From: Catajapyx aquilonaris
Taxonomy: Eukaryota
Assembly (NCBI GenBank): GCA_000934665.2
Contig: KZ538394.1
Location: 1-64,000 of the forward strand
DNA length: 64,000 nt
Direction of reading: 5' to 3'
Every line of letters starts with the position of its first letter. Position 1 is the stretch's first letter. The position numbers and the translations under genes were made by a program. This document shows, in pieces, positions 59,880 through 64,000 of this stretch. Below the pieces are notes generated by a model. It had not been told where the DNA came from, did no database searches, and saw only the letters and a program-made list of their open reading frames with translations.

Positions 59880-60190
59880 CTTTTTTTTTCGTTACCCTGT
59901 GATAAGGCGGAGCCTTTTTATGGGGGTGGAATACCACCATTTCACTCCATTTTTTCTAGATTTAACTTCAATCTCCGGTGCAAGGAGTCAAGGATGCAGG
60001 GTAGGGGCAGGGATTTTTGGGGAGGGAACATAGGTGTAAGCTGCAAGGTCTGTAAAGGGGTCATGTGCTGTTCTCCAGGAGGTTAGGTTGCTAGACACTT
60101 CCAAGGTGCAAGTCAGAGACCCTCATGACGCAGGTGAAGGGAAGACTCCCCAGGCGGGGATCGAACCTGGCGCCTTTCACTCAGCAAGCC
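59880..60190 (-). mobile_element. Second tRNA-derived SINE-like element
   Basis: Minus-strand B box GGTTCGATCCC near 60156-60166; 3' segment GGGG.TGGA.TACCAC shared with 34001-34017 and 18481-18497. Confidence 0.55.
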
Positions 60191-60278
60191 GAGATTGAGC
60201 CGATCATTGACATTTCATCTGTTACTAGGCACCAACATGGCAAAATTTGACATTTTTTTTGGCAAAAGTGCGAAAGTG

Positions 60279-60284
60279 GAGAGA

Positions 60285-60330
<46 letters not shown>
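60279..60330. repeat. (GA)n microsatellite
   Basis: Directly visible. Confidence 0.95.
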
Positions 60331-60332
<2 letters not shown>

Positions 60333-61890
60333 CGCACCAGGCAGCAGAATCGAAGCAACATCCGACGGTGAAGTGCAGAAGTAAGAGGTGAAGTGAAGAA
60401 GTAAGCGAGTCCCGACCAACGAGGTGGCGCCCTGAGCGGCTTAATATTGGGAATCCCGTGGAACGGGTGGTTTCCCCCTTTTCGGTTTTTTGCGTTTTAC
60501 AAAGTCCCTGGGCACTGTTTCCAAAAAACAAATGTTTATTGCAAATATATAAAACGCGGGCTAAATTTTGATACCACTCCCAATGCTGTGGGCCTCACGG
60601 TTCGGGAGGAGTTGCCATGACAGTCGGCTTTTAATAATATAGTTTTTTTTTAAATGAGGTTACCTCTGCAGAAGTACAGCGACTTTAACCGTAACGGAAC
60701 AATGGGATCTCTATGAGAAAGGCTACTACTCACAGCCGGTTTTGTCAGATTAGCGTCACATCCTTTGTTACATTACAGCTCCTGTATTCGACACGGGCCC
60801 TCCATCAAAAGCACAAATGACAAAAGAAAAGAAATTAAAAATGACACACAACGACGTTGTTGCACGGTCCGAAAACCACGCGAGGAAATGCGATAGATCT
60901 TCGATGGTCAACCGCGTTAATTAGGGTACCGCTGGCAAAGAGAACGCTCCCCATGTAACAGGATTATCGTCCATCGAGCACATTCATCAACCGTAGCGTC
61001 CATTACGCCAGACAACGCGCATCATTTTCAGTTTGGCGATCTAATCGAGTCCCATTCATTTTGTTTCCTTTGTTGCGGGCCCACTATGCATCCAGGTATG
61101 TTGGGTGCCATATGCCAGTATTTTCAAAAAGATGGCTCCCATGGGACTACTCTTGCCATCTCCATTCAATTATATACAAATCGATTGCTGGACCGGTTTC
61201 CAATTTTTCAGCAAAAAAAAAATATGGGGGGAAAAATGGGAGTCGTAAAGTAGGCTATCTTGTGCAAGGTTCTGGAGTGCCTGCGAAGGGTCCCTATTCA
61301 TCGTTTGTCTAATTAAGAGGAACAAAGGAGATAGGCGAGCAATTTGGCAGAGAGTTTCTGGGGCCAAAGAGGCATGGAAACGGGTCGAGCGAAGACTTCT
61401 TCCGCTTCTGCTCTCCACTGTGATTGGCGCCTAAAACTAAGGAAGAAAATCATATGGAATTGTACCGTCTTCCGCACTGGTTGGTGCTTTACATAGGACC
61501 TAACAGGCACCCAGGTCTTGATGATGACTTCAGGATGGCGTTGAGTATGAATTAAGTAGGAGTCACCCCAGAGGGTAGATTTCAATGTTTACTATTTATG
61601 GCTATAGTTGGAACAACACTCCATTTCGTCATTCACTGTGTGGTAAAACTTACACCTGAGTTTGGGTGTGACTACTCCTCAAATATGATGATTACTCTAT
61701 AATGAACCTTCAATTTCTCGGTGAGTTAGTTTTTTCTTTAAAATTCGAGTTTTAACCCGAGTCTTTTTGGAATTTATTACACCAGTTGGCCATGTGATTG
61801 AAAATATCCTGCGGGTTACACCACTCACCTGCCACAGTTAATTGAAGGGTGGCATAACCAGCAGGATATTCAAAACATAATCCTACTGTA

Positions 61891-62326
61891 CAGGGTGTTC
61901 ATGAAAAACACATACAAACCTATACCACCCCCTACCTAGGCACCAGAGGATCACATTATGTAGAGGAGTGATTATGCCTGGACCGCCTCATTACTGAGAT
62001 AATTGACCCACCTGCTCTTTAGTGATTTAGCTTAAGCGTTAGGGGGTATCCATGTGAAAACCAAAAATGTGCTGCAGAAAAATTTGCCAATAGCGATTAT
62101 TCTAGCTGCTCCAGAACGGCGATGCGATTTTTGCCTAATCACTCCTTCTGACTGGGGGAGGGTTCGTTGGGTGGCCTAACTTCCAGGATATTTTATACTA
62201 CCTGCTTAAGGCAATTTGCGCGGTAATGAGGCGGTCCAGGCATAATCACTCCTCTACATAATGTGATCCTCTGGTGCCTAGGTAGGGGATGGTATAGGTT
62301 TGTCGGTGTTTTTCATGAACACCCTG
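61891..62326. mobile_element. Tc1/mariner-type MITE with TIRs of about 105 bp
   Basis: TA|CAGGGTGTTCATGAAAAACAC...GTGTTTTTCATGAACACCCTG|TA, near-perfect arms. Confidence 0.88.
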
Positions 62327-64000
62327 TATATTGTATCAACACAGATTATCCTACATTCATTGTTCGTAATCAGAATCCCTCCCTTAATATGAGTTGGTAC
62401 AACCGGCCATTTTAGCAATAAAGAGACCAGCGCTGAATATATCCCAGTGTTGTGAACTGTGACGAACAATCTAAGGGAGAGAAATAGCGCTCATCACTAT
62501 AATAAAACTTGCATTCCGTAGCGACCTCCCCGCCATGCTTTGCCTCCTGAAACAAACATTTTGTATGACAGGTTTCCGAACTATTTACTCGTGACATTTT
62601 CAACCACACGAGCATAAATGATAAACGAGGTGTAGGCCTACCCTACATGGGGACTGCCAGCGTCCTCATGAAGCTTTCACTGCACCTGAACAGGCATCAA
62701 AATCCCCCAAAATCCATATTTAATTTGCAAACTCTGCATTTTAAATATTGGGTTCCCCCTCTCCCATTATGCATCAGTAAGTCAAAGTAGCATCAATTTT
62801 AGAGACGGAATTGAAAGAGAAAATAACTTAGCGAATGAAGTGATACCTGCACTTATTTACGGGAATATGATGTGTATGTATGTAGTCATATTATATGCAG
62901 TACGGTATACAGTGCGTGCAACCTTGAACATATTAATCCGTCGTTACTCGGGGCTGAGCAACAAGTGGTCATTACATTTGGTAATGCACTGTCTGTGCCA
63001 TACCCATACGTACATTTTTGAGAAGTGAAACATTGCGCATCAGATATTGTTCTGTCATACCGAGACACACTTCAACAGTTTTGGTTCAAACGTACTTCGG
63101 TCTCAATAAGGGGGTAAGGAGATGAAGATTCTACAGATGTGTTTGTAAGCAACCAATCAGCGTATTGATTTTGTCTTACCGCCGGCATACTGTTTCAAAT
63201 CTCGCCTCGCTCTGAGGCACTGTTGAAGGGCCCTCAATAACATGTCACCGCCAGACATTTTTGATGTAAAAACAGTTCAGTTGTTATGCACTCTATACGT
63301 CAACATTGGCTTTTTTCGGGTTTGCCACTGTGTAAATAAATATTATGGGATAGTTTCCCATAAGCTATACCTTAGGTTCATATTTAATATATTATGTTAT
63401 AGCCACACTTTAGCTATGGCATATTATTTAATTCTGTTTATATAGTTCGTACGCAATAAAAAGTTGAGAAGCTGGAAACCAGGAAGTTTAGCAATCACAA
63501 GATGTAAAAAAAATTCCTTCAGGTAGCACCCTAGTGGGTGAGGGGAAGGGGGTGCAATAGGGGCTGGTCCGACCCCCTGAGGTGAAATGAAAATAGACCT
63601 GCTGTCATAATAGAGATCCCCGCAGCTCCCAGGCAAGGGAAACCATTCTCTCTCCCAGCTCGCTATTTTGTCCTTTTCGCGATTGAGTTCACCCTCCCGC
63701 TCCCACCGCATACCCCCCGTCGCCCTCCCCTCCCCAAAAAGGCAGTCCGCAAAGCCTGTGCTGTGGGATCCGCGAATAAGGCAAACGCAAATTTGCCTTC
63801 ATCAAATTGCAAATGCTGCTTGACCAAATATTTTCCTTCCCCGGCCACTGTGTTGGGTCTATAGGGCGGATGGAAACATACCTTTCCTTCCTTCATCATC
63901 GGTAACAAAAACACCCATCCTCCCTCCATTTGTACTAAGATTGTTATTATCCATTATGACAATGTTCACTAAGTGCAAGCCGAGTGTTGCACAATGTCGG

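Noticed and set aside
57830..60410. Plus-strand donors (CAG|gtaagg near 58024, gtaag near 60401) as further exons of the plus-strand gene
   Set aside because: No coding frame compatible with the phase-1 signal-peptide exon could be established; they might be alternative non-coding starts but this is unsupported.
63424..63929. Minus-strand ORFs of 88-95 aa
   Set aside because: No recognisable homology or exon structure by eye; cannot support.
1..64000. Prokaryote-style systems (operons, CRISPR arrays, defence islands)
   Set aside because: The sequence is intron-containing animal DNA; there are no regularly spaced repeat-spacer arrays or gene-dense clusters.

Overview
Eukaryotic (animal, most likely arthropod) genomic DNA with spliceosomal GT-AG introns, so most of the supplied ORF track is noise. 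Two intact minus-strand genes can be assembled exon by exon with consistent phases: a TMEM45-family membrane protein (4 coding exons, 6047-7744, 287 aa) and glycogen synthase (8 coding exons, 15085-42276, 696 aa). Glycogen synthase also has a candidate alternative last exon (16865-17074) giving a basic then Pro/Ser/Thr-rich tail. A probable signal-peptide first exon of a third, plus-strand gene lies at 54572-54632. The rest is dense with transposon debris: a full-length but frameshifted long-TIR DD41D Tc1/mariner element and its MITE, degenerate mariners, many palindromic MITEs (Tc1/mariner, pogo, hAT, PIF/Harbinger, piggyBac-like, Kolobok-like), a Helitron-like element with a large internal foldback, a tRNA-derived SINE family and a 5'-truncated LINE. 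I found no convincing novel multi-gene system. The most interesting points are the alternative glycogen synthase C-terminus, the unusual TE architectures and the many long hairpins in the glycogen synthase pre-mRNA. Family assignments come from motif recognition by eye, not database searches.
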